DNA of 64,000 bases, from positions 340,803-404,802 of the forward strand of contig DASWXP010000002.1 in assembly GCA_036405415.1 (NCBI GenBank). The letters are read 5' to 3'. The position numbers and the translations under genes are program-made. A model generated the notes under the pieces. It ran no database searches and had not been told where the DNA came from. It worked only from the letters and a program-made list of their open reading frames with translations. This stretch comes from Minisyncoccota bacterium. GTDB lineage: Bacteria; Patescibacteriota; Minisyncoccia; Phycocordibacterales; Phycocordibacteraceae. Below are positions 49,987 to 59,136 of this stretch, piece after piece. Each line of letters begins with the position of its first letter. Within the stretch, counting starts at the first letter, position 1.

Positions 49987-50330
49987 AGCGTATAGCGGGC
50001 TATCAGGTATCCGAGCGACATGCCGACCGCATCCATCAACAGATCAAGCGACGTATCAAAGCCGAAATTCGCTTCCCGTTCAGCGTTGATACCGAGCTCA
50101 AACAGCTCCCACCCCACGGCGATAGCGAACATGCCGGAGAGGAATACGATCGCCCGATGCTTGTCCAAGAGCGCGATAAGGAAGGCCGAGACCGTAAGGC
50201 CTCCCAGGAAGTGCATGAACGTATCGAGCCAGAGGTACCGCCAGTACAGGTAGTACTCGAGCGCGACGTACTGGAAGTACGCAAGAAGCGAGGCGAGCAC
50301 GAGCGCAGCAAGGAGCCAGAAAAGGCGCAT
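49971..50330 (-). CDS. Small membrane protein (VanZ/DUF2238-like)
   Basis: WLDTFMHFLGG, WELFE and DTSLDL motifs. Confidence 0.7.
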   Translation of the reverse strand: MRLFWLLAALVLASLLAYFQYVALEYYLYWRYLWLDTFMHFLGGLTVSAFLIALLDKHRAIVFLSGMFAIAVGWELFELGINAEREANFGFDTSLDLLMDAVGMSLGYLIARYTLWRSA

Positions 50331-50383
50331 GGCTACACTCTAGCACGCGAAAACCCGAGACCTTCGTCTCGGGTTTCTCGGAA

Positions 50384-50517
50384 GAACCGTCCCTAGTGGC
50401 AACTTTTGGATGCCACGTGGGTGCCCGCATCGCGGTCCCGTGAAAGCCCGAAAGCTTTGTGGAAACGCGGAATATAAGGCTCCCTGAAATTGAGCAAGTT
50501 GCGTTTTGGGACGGCTC
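50384..50517 (-). ncRNA. ssrS: Compact 6S RNA candidate
   Basis: Rod with central bubble: GAGCCGTCCC/GGGACGGTTC, GCAACTT/AAGTTGC, GGGAGCC/GGCACCC and a UUCG-capped tip; TATACT upstream and a terminator hairpin at 50349-50379. Confidence 0.7.
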
Positions 50518-50563
50518 TGAAGGCAGTATACCAAAATCCGGCCAGAGGCCGGATTTCCGTGGA

Positions 50564-51172
50564 TTACTCGAGGATGCCGTCGAGGTTCACGTCGTAGAGG
50601 ATCTGGTCTCCTACGAGGCGATAGTCGATAAGCTCGTCGTCCTTGAACCAGAGCGCGATCTCCGTCTCCGCATTCTCCGGGGTGTCGGAGCAGTGGATCA
50701 GGTTGCGCACCGCGCGATCGTCGATAGCCGCGATGTTGTAGGAATCGACCGTGAAGTCGCCACGGATGGTTCCCACATCGGACGAGGACGGCTCGGTATC
50801 GCCCACGAGCTTGGTCACAACCGATACCGCGGAATTGCCCTCCCACGCCATCATCACGACAGGACCCGAAGTCATGAAGCGCTCAAGCGCGCGGATGATG
50901 TCCTTGCCGTACTCTATCGGCTCCTTCTCAGCGGAAAGGCCGGCAGCGGCACGGTCCTCGGCGATCTTCGTTCCCTTCTTGATGAACCAGGCGTCGTCCT
51001 TGTTGTAGTGCTTCCAGATGCGGTCTGCATCGAGAACGGCGAGCTTGAGGCCCACGAGCTTGAGGCCCGTGCGCTCGAAGCGCTTAATAATCTCACCGAT
51101 GAGAGAACGCTGGACGCCGTCTGGCTTCACGATAACGAACGTTCGCTCAAGCTTCGGGTGCGGAATAGGCAT
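50564..51172 (-). CDS. ndk: Nucleoside diphosphate kinase (long form)
   Basis: ERTFVIVKPDG, SGPVV, GTIRGDF and NLIHCSD motifs. Confidence 0.96.
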   Translation of the reverse strand: MPIPHPKLERTFVIVKPDGVQRSLIGEIIKRFERTGLKLVGLKLAVLDADRIWKHYNKDDAWFIKKGTKIAEDRAAAGLSAEKEPIEYGKDIIRALERFMTSGPVVMMAWEGNSAVSVVTKLVGDTEPSSSDVGTIRGDFTVDSYNIAAIDDRAVRNLIHCSDTPENAETEIALWFKDDELIDYRLVGDQILYDVNLDGILE

Positions 51173-51249
51173 GGATTCGATACTAAAAATCGCCCTGGGG
51201 CGTATTAATGCCATGAGTATACCCTGTTATGGAAGGAGTTACCATAATT

Positions 51250-51278
51250 TTGACAATAGATTTCTCAAGTTGTACATT
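51250..51278 (+). promoter_or_regulatory. Sigma70 promoter of the ORFan at 51324
   Basis: TTGACA-N17-TACATT. Confidence 0.65.
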
Positions 51279-51323
51279 CCTAATTAAGTTCTTTAACTGC
51301 CATGTTTACGGAAGGGTCTGGCA

Positions 51324-51686
51324 ATGGATTACGCGGATTTAAAGGCTATCGAGCCGATAGTCACAATCGGGACCACTCGCTATAAGGAGGAGATCGAAAG
51401 CTTTCTTCGTAAGGCTCTCGCCTCCGAAGGGGAAGCGTTCCCTCACTACACCATCGTCAGGGGAGGACCTGGATCTATGAGGCTCCACCTGCAAACACCG
51501 TATGCAGATTCGATAGATCTGCCGGCGAAATATCCTGATCAACTGGCGGAGGCGTATGTCGGCTTCATCGAGAATGAAGCACGGTATCCGGATCAGCCGC
51601 ATCCAGACAGGGTTCGTGGCATCGCAGTACGCACAGCGAGCATCAACGGCAAGCGCGCTGCGCTCGTCGAAGCGGTGTGGATCTGA
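51324..51686 (+). CDS. Hypothetical protein (ORFan)
   Basis: 120-aa ORF with its own promoter, purine-rich RBS and a downstream hairpin. Confidence 0.65.
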   Translation: MDYADLKAIEPIVTIGTTRYKEEIESFLRKALASEGEAFPHYTIVRGGPGSMRLHLQTPYADSIDLPAKYPDQLAEAYVGFIENEARYPDQPHPDRVRGIAVRTASINGKRAALVEAVWI

Positions 51687-51731
51687 AAAAGATCAAACGA
51701 TGAAGGGTCGCTCCGCTAGAGCGACCCTTTC

Positions 51732-52514
51732 CTATTTCTTCTCGTCTGGCCGTCTCGTCACCACAATCGTCCCTTCCTCTTCGATAAGAATCGTATGCTC
51801 TGAATGCGACGAGATGGAACCATCCTTCGATCGGTACGTATGTCCGTCCGGCGCAATGATAACCGTACCCTTTCCTGCGTTCGCAATCGGCTCGAGCGCG
51901 AGTACCATGCCCGGTACGAGCTCCTCTCCGGTGCCTGCGTGCCCGAAGTTCGCAATGTACGGCTCCTCGTGCACCTTGCGCCCCACCGCGTGCCCGCCGA
52001 GCACCTTCACGATGGAAAACGGCGAGCTCTTGAAGGTAGCACCAATGGCTGCCGAGATGTCGCCGATACGGCCACCAACCTTCGCCGCCTTGATGCCCTC
52101 TTCGAGCGCGTACTCGGTAGCCGCGATGAGCGCAGCAGCTTCCTTGGAGACCTTTCCGACCGGCACCGTAACCGCGGAATCCGTGAAGTACCCCTGGTGC
52201 ACGATGCCGAAATCAAGCGACACGATATCGCCCTCCTTGAGGATGCGCGGATTCTCATTCGGGATGCCGTGGACCACCTCCTCGTTCACCGACACGCAGA
52301 GCGCCGCAGGGAACGGGCGCGGCGCGCCTTCTGGCGTGTAGCCCTTGAACGCAGGCTTATCGCCGCCTTCCTCGATAAGGCGCACGGCTTCGTCCTCAAG
52401 CGTCTGCGTAGAAACTCCCGGCGCAACCATGGCTTCGAGCTTCCCAAGGATCACGCCGAGCCGGCGACCCGACTCGATGATACCCTCGCGTTCCTCAAGC
52501 GTGCGTACGACCAT
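51732..52514 (-). CDS. map: Methionine aminopeptidase type I
   Basis: CVSVNEEVVHGIP, DIVSLDFG, GHAVG, LEP and HSEHT motifs. Confidence 0.96.
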   Translation of the reverse strand: MVVRTLEEREGIIESGRRLGVILGKLEAMVAPGVSTQTLEDEAVRLIEEGGDKPAFKGYTPEGAPRPFPAALCVSVNEEVVHGIPNENPRILKEGDIVSLDFGIVHQGYFTDSAVTVPVGKVSKEAAALIAATEYALEEGIKAAKVGGRIGDISAAIGATFKSSPFSIVKVLGGHAVGRKVHEEPYIANFGHAGTGEELVPGMVLALEPIANAGKGTVIIAPDGHTYRSKDGSISSHSEHTILIEEEGTIVVTRRPDEKK

Positions 52515-52516
52515 GG

Positions 52517-53092
52517 CTATAGTGAAGCACGGATTGCCGCAGCAACCTCGTCCGGAGTCTGCATACCGTCGAGCTCTGTGAAGGCGCCCTTCTCCCGGAA
52601 GAAGTCGAGCATGGGCGCGGTGTGGTTCTCGTAGACCTTGAGACGGGCGCGAACCTGAGCATCGGTACCGCTATCCGGGCGGTCCTCTACGAGCGCGCGG
52701 GTCTTCATGCGAGAAATGGCCTCCTCTTCCTCGACGGCAAGATCAAGCACGATGTAGGGGCGCTCGAGCCACTGCATAACCGCATGAAACCGCTCCGCCT
52801 GCTGGCGGGTGCGCGGATACCCGTCGCACACGAGGCCCTGGCCCTCGGGAAGCGAAAGCGCTACTTCCTCAAACAGGTAGTTCGCGAACCAGTCCGGAAG
52901 AAGCTCACCCGCGTCGTACGCCTCCTTCACATGGGCCGCAATAGGGCCGGTACCGTCGCGCAGCTGCTTGAAGCGCTCGCCGGTCGAGAAGTGGGTCCAG
53001 CCGAATTCAGCCGCAAGGCGCTTTGCCTGAGTGCCCTTCCCTGAACCAGGGCGGCCGGTAAGAAGCACGCTATGAAAAGATGATGATTGCAT
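52517..53092 (-). CDS. adk: Adenylate kinase family protein (paralog 2)
   Basis: GRPGSGKGTQ, GELLPD and DGYPRT..QA motifs. Confidence 0.88.
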   Translation of the reverse strand: MQSSSFHSVLLTGRPGSGKGTQAKRLAAEFGWTHFSTGERFKQLRDGTGPIAAHVKEAYDAGELLPDWFANYLFEEVALSLPEGQGLVCDGYPRTRQQAERFHAVMQWLERPYIVLDLAVEEEEAISRMKTRALVEDRPDSGTDAQVRARLKVYENHTAPMLDFFREKGAFTELDGMQTPDEVAAAIRASL

Positions 53093-53133
53093 ATGTATCG
53101 CTACTGTATCAATAAAGCTGCTGGCGCGCACCG

Positions 53134-53700
53134 CTACGCGATGCCAAGGACACGTGCGACCTCGCCTGCAACCTCGTCGGGACTCTGCTCGCCGTCTATA
53201 TCGATACAGACGCCTCCAGCACGGAACCGCGCGAGCGCGTGCTCCGTATAGCGTGCGTATTCTTCAAGGCGTACCGAGACGAAATGGTCGTCCGCACGCC
53301 CAGACTCTCCTTTGCGCGTATCCAGCCTCCGGTGCACCTCTTCGTCTGAAACGGATATGTTGATTACCGTGAATGGTCTCTCGAGGAATTCCGAAGCTGC
53401 GAAGATGAGCTCCGCTTCCTCGATCTTACGATTAAATCCGTCGAATATGACGCTTTCTCCGTCCGGAAGCCTGAGTGCAATCTTCAAATAGAGATACTCA
53501 ACGAACCACGGCGGCGAGAGCAGGCCCTGGTCTATCTCAAAGCGTGTCTTTCGGCCGGCAGGAGTGTCCTCCGTCGCGATAGCGCGGAACTGGTCGCCGG
53601 AGCCGAACACGCTCCACCCCGTGCGCTCCGCAAGGCGCTTGGCCTGGGTGCCCTTCCCGCTTCCCGGCTTTCCAAGAAAGAATACGGTCTGTGTATCCAT
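53134..53700 (-). CDS. Adenylate kinase family protein (paralog 1)
   Basis: GKPGSGKGTQ, DGFNRK and RADD motifs. Confidence 0.85.
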   Translation of the reverse strand: MDTQTVFFLGKPGSGKGTQAKRLAERTGWSVFGSGDQFRAIATEDTPAGRKTRFEIDQGLLSPPWFVEYLYLKIALRLPDGESVIFDGFNRKIEEAELIFAASEFLERPFTVINISVSDEEVHRRLDTRKGESGRADDHFVSVRLEEYARYTEHALARFRAGGVCIDIDGEQSPDEVAGEVARVLGIA

Positions 53701-53759
53701 GGATTGTATAGACTCTATCACCCCAAAACGCAGAAAGCCTCCCGGAGGAGGCCTCGCTG

Positions 53760-55028
53760 CTAGTACTCCCTAAGGGACGCCTGCGCGTCAATCTTACGGA
53801 TGAGGTCGAGGACCACGTTCACCACGATGAGGAGCGCCGTACCGCCCACGAGGATCGCCGTGATGCCGGTGAGGCCCTGCACGATGAACGGAATAACCGC
53901 GACGAAGCCGAGGAAGAGCGCGCCCGGAAGGGTGACGCGATTAACCACGTTCCCGATGAAGGTCTCCGTCTCGCGACCAGGGCGCACGCCTGGCACGAAG
54001 GCACCCGACTTCTGGAGATTGTCCGCTACGCGCTTAGGCTCGAACGTGATGGAGGTGTAGAAGTACGTGAACATAATGACGAGCACGAAGTACACCGCGC
54101 CGTGCCACCACGGATTCGCACTGAATGCCTGGTATGCCGCGAGCGCGCCAGCCGTACCTGCGACGCCGATCGCAGAGAGACCCGTAAGGACCATCTGCGG
54201 AAGGAGGAGGAGGGAGAGCGCGAAGATGATCGGCATCACGCCGGCCTGAAGGAGGCGGATCGGAAGATAGGTCGGTGCCATAGACATCGCGCCGCGCGTC
54301 GCGCGCGCGTAATGGATCGGGATGGAACGTTCAGCCTCGGACACGAGCACCACCGCGAAGATGATCGCAAGGCCGATGAGGGCGAACCCAAGGTATGCCG
54401 GGATGTTCGCCGCGGTCGCGGTGAAGAGCACCTGCGAGAGGCCTGCCGGAAGCGCAGCCACGATACCTGCGAAGATGATGAGCGAGACGCCGTTGCCGAT
54501 GCCGAACTCCGTGATGAGCTCGCCGATCCACATGAGGAGGATGGAACCTGCCGCGACGAGGAAGACGTTAACCGCGAAATCGAACGGGGTGAGCGAGCGG
54601 ACGATGCCCTGACTCTCAAGCAAGGAGAGGAACGCCACGCCCTGAAGCACCGCAAGCGGAATGGTGAGCGCACGCGCGATAGACGTGAACTTCGTGCGTC
54701 CTGCGTCCCCTTCCTCGGTGTACATAGCCTTCACCTTCGGGATGAGCACGGTCGCGAGCTGCATAATGATGGACGCGGTAATGTACGGTCCTACGCCGAG
54801 CATAACGATCGAGAGGCTCGAGAGGCCGCCGCCCGAGAAGATATTCAAAAGGCCGAGGAACTGATTGTTCGCGAAGAACTGGGAGAGCGCTACCTGGTCG
54901 ACGCCCGGGATCGGGATCGCGGCAAGGAAGCGGAACACCGCGAACGCGGCAAGGATGAAGAGGATCCGGTTCCTGATGACCCGATCCGAGAAGACGACCT
55001 TGAGCTTGTGCATCGCCTTTCCGAACAT
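53760..55028 (-). CDS. secY: Preprotein translocase SecY
   Basis: LGVGPYITASIIMQL, GIGNGVSLIIF and PGVRPG motifs. Confidence 0.98.
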   Translation of the reverse strand: MFGKAMHKLKVVFSDRVIRNRILFILAAFAVFRFLAAIPIPGVDQVALSQFFANNQFLGLLNIFSGGGLSSLSIVMLGVGPYITASIIMQLATVLIPKVKAMYTEEGDAGRTKFTSIARALTIPLAVLQGVAFLSLLESQGIVRSLTPFDFAVNVFLVAAGSILLMWIGELITEFGIGNGVSLIIFAGIVAALPAGLSQVLFTATAANIPAYLGFALIGLAIIFAVVLVSEAERSIPIHYARATRGAMSMAPTYLPIRLLQAGVMPIIFALSLLLLPQMVLTGLSAIGVAGTAGALAAYQAFSANPWWHGAVYFVLVIMFTYFYTSITFEPKRVADNLQKSGAFVPGVRPGRETETFIGNVVNRVTLPGALFLGFVAVIPFIVQGLTGITAILVGGTALLIVVNVVLDLIRKIDAQASLREY

Positions 55029-55032
55029 ACGA

Positions 55033-55482
55033 TTAGACGAGAGAGCCGCCGGCAGCCTCGATAGCTGCCTTCGCTGCCGCAGAGGCCGTGCAGTCAGAAA
55101 CCTTGAGCGCCTTAGTGATGGAACCGGTGCCGAGAATCTTCACGTACGCGATACGGCCGCCACGTGCTGGGATAAGCCCCTTCTTGTAGAGGGTCTCTGG
55201 AGTTACTGCGTCGCCTGCAGCGAACGCTGCCTCGAGAGTCGCGAGGTTGACCGGTGCGTACTCGCGTCGCTTCGCGCGCACGGTGCGAGCGCGGTTCTGG
55301 CCGTGACCGCGAAGCTTCGGGAGCTTCTTCAAGATGTCACGCATCTCCGGGCGCTTCCTATGACCGGCGCGCGCGTTCTGGCCCTTGGTGCCGCGACCTG
55401 AGGTCTTGCCGCGCTTACCGCCACGACCTACGCGAGGTGAGGTGATGCGCTCTGTCTTCGGGGCGAGAGTGTTGGACTGCAT
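55033..55482 (-). CDS. rplO: 50S ribosomal protein L15
   Basis: RVGRGGKRGKTSGRGTKGQNAR. Confidence 0.95.
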   Translation of the reverse strand: MQSNTLAPKTERITSPRVGRGGKRGKTSGRGTKGQNARAGHRKRPEMRDILKKLPKLRGHGQNRARTVRAKRREYAPVNLATLEAAFAAGDAVTPETLYKKGLIPARGGRIAYVKILGTGSITKALKVSDCTASAAAKAAIEAAGGSLV

Positions 55483-55493
55483 GGTAAATGGGA

Positions 55494-56090
55494 TTATCGG
55501 CTGCCTGCCTGCGCAAGCGCTGCTACGGTCGCGCGAGCAATGGTGAGCTTGTTCTTGGTGCGCGTGAGGATCTTCGCGATCACGTTGGTCACGCCAGCGT
55601 GCTCGAGCACCTGACGCATAGCGGAACCGGCGACGATACCGCGGCCCGGGGACGGGATGATGGTAACGATCGAGGAAGAATTCTTCACGGTCACGTCGTG
55701 CGCAATGGAGTTGTCCGCGGTGCGGTTAACCGTTACGAGGTGCTTCTTCGCATCACGTACTGCCTTGTCGATAGCGAGTGCGGTATCAGCACCCTTTCCA
55801 AGACCAACACCGACACGACCCTTCTTGTCGCCGATGACAACTGTTACGGAGAAGGAGAAGCGGCGACCGCCGGCCATAACGCGGGCCACGCGGCGAACCT
55901 CAAGCGTTGCCTGCTCGAACTCAGAGCGCTCGCGCGGGGCACGAGGACCGCGGCCACGAGCGTCGCCGCCACGGCCACGCATGCCGCCACGACCGCGAGG
56001 AGCGCCACGACGATCGTCGCGGGCAGGAGCTGCAGCCTGTGCGCCTGCTGCCGGAGCGTTCGTATTCGTGTCGAGAGTGGTATCAGTCAT
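55494..56090 (-). CDS. rpsE: 30S ribosomal protein S5
   Basis: RVARVMAGGRRFSF...GDKKGRVGVGLGK. Confidence 0.96.
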   Translation of the reverse strand: MTDTTLDTNTNAPAAGAQAAAPARDDRRGAPRGRGGMRGRGGDARGRGPRAPRERSEFEQATLEVRRVARVMAGGRRFSFSVTVVIGDKKGRVGVGLGKGADTALAIDKAVRDAKKHLVTVNRTADNSIAHDVTVKNSSSIVTIIPSPGRGIVAGSAMRQVLEHAGVTNVIAKILTRTKNKLTIARATVAALAQAGSR

Positions 56091-56094
56091 GTGT

Positions 56095-56439
56095 TTAGAA
56101 AGTAAGCCCTGCCTCGCGAGCGGCGTCAGCGAGTCCCTTAACCTGTCCTGCGTAGGCGTACCCGCCGCGATCGAACACGACGCTCGAGATGCCTGCTGCC
56201 TTCGCCTTCTCGGCGATAGCCTTGCCGACACCTGCTGCCTGGGCGCTCTGCGCGCCGCCGATGGTCTTGCCGTGCGCTGCTGCTACGGTCTTCCCTGCTA
56301 CGTCGTCGATAAGCTGTGCGGACACGAACTTGTTCGACTTGTATACCGCAAGGCGAGGACGCGCTGCAGTGCCAGAGACCTTGGCGCGTACGCGGTTATG
56401 ACGGCGATCGCGAAGCTGCTTGTTAGTGAGAGTTGCCAT
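56095..56439 (-). CDS. rplR: 50S ribosomal protein L18
   Basis: [17 protein letters not shown] and AREAGL motifs. Confidence 0.97.
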   Translation of the reverse strand: MATLTNKQLRDRRHNRVRAKVSGTAARPRLAVYKSNKFVSAQLIDDVAGKTVAAAHGKTIGGAQSAQAAGVGKAIAEKAKAAGISSVVFDRGGYAYAGQVKGLADAAREAGLTF

Positions 56440-56448
56440 ACGTAAATA

Positions 56449-56982
56449 CTAGACGGCCTTCTTGCCCTGCTTACGGCGGATAACCTCGTTGTCGTAGGCG
56501 ATGCCCTTTCCGAGGTACGGCTCGGGCGGCTTGATGCCACGGACCTCAGCCGCGAACTGGCCGACCTTCTGCTTGTCTGCACCCTCAACCGTGATGGTGA
56601 GCTTCTCAACCTTCACTTCGATACCCTCAGGAACGGCAAGGGATACCGGGTGCGAGAAGCCTACGTTGAGCACGAGCTCGCGGCCACGAAGCTCAACCTT
56701 GTATCCGACGCCCTTCATGATGAGGACCTTCTTGAACGGGGTCTCGACGCCAGAAATCATCGCGCGAGCGTGTGCGGCGTAGGTGCCGGTAAGCGCACGA
56801 GCGAGCTTGGAATCGTCGCTCGGCGCAACGACGACGCCCTCAGGGGTGATCGAAAGGGTTACGGCCGGATGGATCGGGCGCTCGAGGGCAGCGGAAGGAC
56901 CCTTCACCGAGAGGAGGCCGCCGTCAGTGGAGACAGTTACCTTGGAAGGGATTGCGATTGGCTTGCGTGCGAGGCGGGACAT
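56449..56982 (-). CDS. rplF: 50S ribosomal protein L6
   Basis: MSRLARKPI, GVGYK and PPEPYLGKGI motifs. Confidence 0.97.
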   Translation of the reverse strand: MSRLARKPIAIPSKVTVSTDGGLLSVKGPSAALERPIHPAVTLSITPEGVVVAPSDDSKLARALTGTYAAHARAMISGVETPFKKVLIMKGVGYKVELRGRELVLNVGFSHPVSLAVPEGIEVKVEKLTITVEGADKQKVGQFAAEVRGIKPPEPYLGKGIAYDNEVIRRKQGKKAV

Positions 56983-56992
56983 AGTACGGGTA

Positions 56993-57382
56993 TTACCAGA
57001 TCTCAAAGAGGTTCTCGCCACCTACGCGCACCTTGCGCGCCTCAGCGTCCGTAAGGACGCCCTTCGGGGTCGAGATGAGGCGTGCACCGATGCCGTTCTT
57101 CACGCTGTGCGCCTCGGCTGCAGGGACGTAGAGACGACGGCCCGGCTTCGAGATACGCTTTACGCCCTTGATCTTGTGGCGGCCGCGCTCGTCGTACGCG
57201 AGGGTAACCTCGAACGAGTACGGGCTCTTTCCCTTCTCAACGTCTGCGACGTAGCCGAGAGCCTTAAGCTTGTGCGCGATCTCCTCGACGTGCTTTGAGA
57301 ACGGAACCGTGACCGTCGGCTTGTTAATAGCGCCGGCGTTCTTGAGACGGATGATGAAATCTCCTACGCGATCAGTAACCAT
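56993..57382 (-). CDS. rpsH: 30S ribosomal protein S8
   Basis: DRVGDFIIRLKNA, SKPGRRLY and STPKGV motifs. Confidence 0.97.
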   Translation of the reverse strand: MVTDRVGDFIIRLKNAGAINKPTVTVPFSKHVEEIAHKLKALGYVADVEKGKSPYSFEVTLAYDERGRHKIKGVKRISKPGRRLYVPAAEAHSVKNGIGARLISTPKGVLTDAEARKVRVGGENLFEIW

Positions 57383-57392
57383 ATACGAAAAT

Positions 57393-57662
57393 CTACCAGG
57401 AAGCCTTCTTAACGCCCGGGATCTTGCCCTCGCGCGCGAGCTCGCGGAACGCGATGCGGGAGAGGCCAAAATCGCGCATGAATCCGCGCTGGCGGCCGGT
57501 GATGGCGCAGCGGTTCTTGATGCGGACCGGGCTTGAATTCTTCGGAAGCTTCTGGAGGCCCTCATAATCGCCAGCAGCCTTAAGCTCAGCACGCTTGGCA
57601 GCGTACTTGGCCGCAAGCTTAATGCGGCGCTCGTTCTTTGCGATTGATGAGGTCTTGGCCAT
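57393..57662 (-). CDS. rpsN: 30S ribosomal protein S14 (89 aa, zinc-free type)
   Basis: [14 protein letters not shown]...[18 protein letters not shown]. Confidence 0.97.
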   Translation of the reverse strand: MAKTSSIAKNERRIKLAAKYAAKRAELKAAGDYEGLQKLPKNSSPVRIKNRCAITGRQRGFMRDFGLSRIAFRELAREGKIPGVKKASW

Positions 57663-57694
57663 AAGAAAAATAAGCTCCGGGGAGCCGTGGAAGT

Positions 57695-57723
57695 AATCTA
57701 TCAGTCAGGAAGTAGGCTGTCAA
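57695..57723 (-). promoter_or_regulatory. Internal sigma70 promoter for rpsN and downstream genes
   Basis: TTGACA-N17-TAGATT on the minus strand. Confidence 0.7.
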
Positions 57724-57800
57724 ATCAATGAAGGCTCCTTTCTTAGGAGCTGAGATACAACTCGGGGGCCCGCAACCAAATGCGGGCCCCAGGGCAGTAT

Positions 57801-58130
57801 CTATTTCCAGCTGACGAGCATTCTAAGGCGTCGCGGGTTCTCGATCGGCACGTCCGGTTGTACGAAATACACCGTTAAATCGCCCAGTATCTCCGCTATG
57901 GCCCGTTGAGCCATTCTGTCCTCTGCTAGGAACGGAGTAACGATTTCTACCTTAAAAGCACGGCTTCCAGCAGCCTCCATGAGGATCGGCTGCCAATACA
58001 TTTCGCACTCGTAGTAAATGCGCTTGTAGAGCCGACTCATCTTGAGGGAACGCTCGACTGCCCTCCTCTTGTGTCCAGCTTTCTGTACTTGGCGACCGTG
58101 GGCGCCGAGAGGTAATCTTAGATCTCGCAT
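57801..58130 (-). CDS. Hypothetical protein inserted between rplE and rpsN
   Basis: 109-aa ORF, SD AAGGAGGT, flanked by hairpins. Confidence 0.6.
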   Translation of the reverse strand: MRDLRLPLGAHGRQVQKAGHKRRAVERSLKMSRLYKRIYYECEMYWQPILMEAAGSRAFKVEIVTPFLAEDRMAQRAIAEILGDLTVYFVQPDVPIENPRRLRMLVSWK

Positions 58131-58238
58131 CGGCACCTCCTTCTGAGAATCCAGATTGGGTATACCACTGACACATCTAAGTGTCGATATTAAATGCAAA
58201 AGACCCGCATCGCGGGTCTTTTGCTTAGAACGTAAATA

Positions 58239-58772
58239 CTAGTCCTTCTTGAACGGAATGCCGAGGTGGCGGAAGAACGCATCTGCCTCCTCCTTGGTCT
58301 TCGCGGTGGTCACGAGGGTGATCGCAAGGCCGAATACGTCCTTGAGGTCCTCGTCTGCGGTCTCAGGAAAGATCGTGTGATCCTTGATTCCGATAGTGAG
58401 GTTGCCCATCTCATCGATCGCGGTCGCGTTAAGGCCGCGGAAGTCGCGGGTACGCGGAAGCGTGATGTGGATGAGCTTGTCGAGGAACTCGCGCATGCGC
58501 TCTCCGCGAAGCGTCACCTGGTAGCCGATTATCTCGCCCTGGCGCATCTTGAACTGCGCGATGGACTGCTTGGACGCGCGAGGCGCTGCCTTCTGGCCCG
58601 TGATGCGGGCGAGGCGGTCCTCAACGAGCGCCTTCTTGGTCTTGTCTGCCTTACCGACGCCGGAAGATACGACGATCTTAAGGAGACGCGGGGACGCGTT
58701 CACGTTGGTGTAGCCGAACTGCTCCTTGAGAGTGTCGAATGCACCGGCGAGCTTTTCTTTGGTCATCATCAT
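58239..58772 (-). CDS. rplE: 50S ribosomal protein L5
   Basis: ITGQK, VTLRG and LPRTRDFRG motifs. Confidence 0.97.
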   Translation of the reverse strand: MMMTKEKLAGAFDTLKEQFGYTNVNASPRLLKIVVSSGVGKADKTKKALVEDRLARITGQKAAPRASKQSIAQFKMRQGEIIGYQVTLRGERMREFLDKLIHITLPRTRDFRGLNATAIDEMGNLTIGIKDHTIFPETADEDLKDVFGLAITLVTTAKTKEEADAFFRHLGIPFKKD

Positions 58773-58783
58773 ACTGAGTATCG

Positions 58784-59125
58784 TTAGCCGAGCTTGGTGC
58801 CGCTCTTAACGGTGACACGAACCTTCTTGCCGTCTACGGTCTCGCGCTTTACGCGGGTTCCCTTCTTCTCCTTGGGATCCTGGAGCATGACGTTTGAGAT
58901 GGAGATAGCGCGTGGCTTCTCGACGATGCGGCCGGTCTGGCCAGCGCGTCCGCGGTTGTGGCGCTTTACGAGCGCGACACCCTCAACCACTACCTTCGCG
59001 TCCTCGCGAAGCACCATCTCGACCTTGCCGGTCTTGCCCTTATCCTTTCCAGAAATAACGACAACGGTGTCGCCCTTCTTGATCTTGAACTTTGCGGTCT
59101 GGAGACCCTTAGATGCCTTGGACAT
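58784..59125 (-). CDS. rplX: 50S ribosomal protein L24
   Basis: IKKGDTVVVISGKDKGKTGKV. Confidence 0.97.
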   Translation of the reverse strand: MSKASKGLQTAKFKIKKGDTVVVISGKDKGKTGKVEMVLREDAKVVVEGVALVKRHNRGRAGQTGRIVEKPRAISISNVMLQDPKEKKGTRVKRETVDGKKVRVTVKSGTKLG

Positions 59126-59136
59126 AATCGTATGCG

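Noticed and set aside
50340-50846. Minus-strand 168-aa ORF spanning the ndk 3' region
   Set aside because: It overlaps ndk out of frame and runs through a structured RNA and two hairpins.
57393-57662. Zinc-free S14 as a novelty linked to the Fur/Zur regulon
   Set aside because: The 89-aa zinc-free S14 type is widespread, and I saw no TGCAA-N5-TTGCA box upstream of it.
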